From Octopus sinensis (Eukaryota), in contig NC_043003.1 of NCBI RefSeq assembly GCF_006345805.1, positions 110,918,001-110,982,000 on the forward strand: DNA of 64,000 bases, in the 5' to 3' direction. Of the stretch, positions 63,280-64,000 are shown piece after piece. Position numbers and translations under genes: made by a program. Numbering within the stretch: the first letter of the stretch is position 1; the number at the start of each line of letters is the position of its first letter. The notes beneath the pieces are model-generated. The model saw only the letters and a list, made by a program, of their open reading frames with translations, made no database searches and was not told where the DNA came from.

Positions 63280-63687
63280 GCTATTAATGCCTATGAGAAA
63301 TATTTCATTATTGCTTTCAAGCATGTTGTTAAGGCAGTAAACTGGAAGAATATTTGAGCATCGCACAGAAAAAGACAGGTAAGAAAGCTAGGAGTATTTC
63401 TTTCGACTCATTAGGTCCCGGTGTCAAAATACAGCGCGGCCAACTTTGCCTTTTATTCTTTCGGGGTCGATAAGTAAACAAAATATTGTCGATGTAATCA
63501 ATATACCACGAACTATTGGCATTGAGACAAAATTAGAAAGATTTGTTACGTCTTGTGTTGCTGCATCTTTATTCGAATTACGAAAGGAAATTGTCATTGG
63601 AGCACTGGTATGAACAAATATTATCGGCCGCGTCACTCAAGTAATGCATACAAAGCTTATTTGATATTTTATCTTTTATTGGACACG

Positions 63688-64000
63688 TTTCAGTCATTTG
63701 ACTACGGCCATAGTGGAGCACCACCGTGAAGGATTGTTTTAGTCGAAGAAATAGACTACAGTACTTATCTTTTAAAGCCTAGTACTTATTCTATCATTCA
63801 CTTTATCCGAAGCGCTAAGTAACGAGGTCGTAAACATATCAACACCAGCTATCAAGCGGTAATGGGGGTGGTGGCAAACAAAAACACACACCGGCACGCA
63901 CACACAAATATATACATATATATTTATACAACAGGCTTCTTTCAGTTTCCGTCTACAAAATCAACTCACAAGGCTTTGATCGCCTCGACATTTACCTAAG
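63688..64000 (-). mobile_element. SINE family A copy, head truncated by the window edge
   Basis: TTTCAGTCATTTGACTACGGCCATAGTGGAGCACC... and GGCTTCTTTCAGTTTCCGTCTAC. Confidence 0.85.

Overview
AT-rich, microsatellite-dense metazoan genomic DNA. The SINE families look octopus-like, which I infer from memory of cephalopod repeats and have not verified. No host gene can be called confidently; a few candidate exons are listed at low confidence. The window is mostly transposable elements: one apparently full-length Neptune-type Penelope-like element (PLE, 7335-14574) with ~1 kb direct pLTRs and an RT plus C-terminal GIY-YIG ORF broken, as far as I traced it, almost entirely by +/-1 indels, most in homopolymer runs; a 5'-truncated RTE LINE with a 585-codon open frame nested in a SINE; several mariner copies; piggyBac, HERO-like and CRE-like remnants; and three tRNA-derived SINE families, often in tandem or inverted clusters. 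The most striking signal is about 12 hammerhead ribozyme (HHR) motifs from several unrelated PLE-type families. Four sit in short non-coding inverted-repeat elements (21.9, 28.0, 60.5 and 61.6 kb). One pair has a core variant that keeps the 3-8 base pair as A3:U8 (AUGAAUA). In another element the inverted arm stops exactly at the predicted cleavage site. All folds were worked out by eye and need computational and biochemical confirmation.
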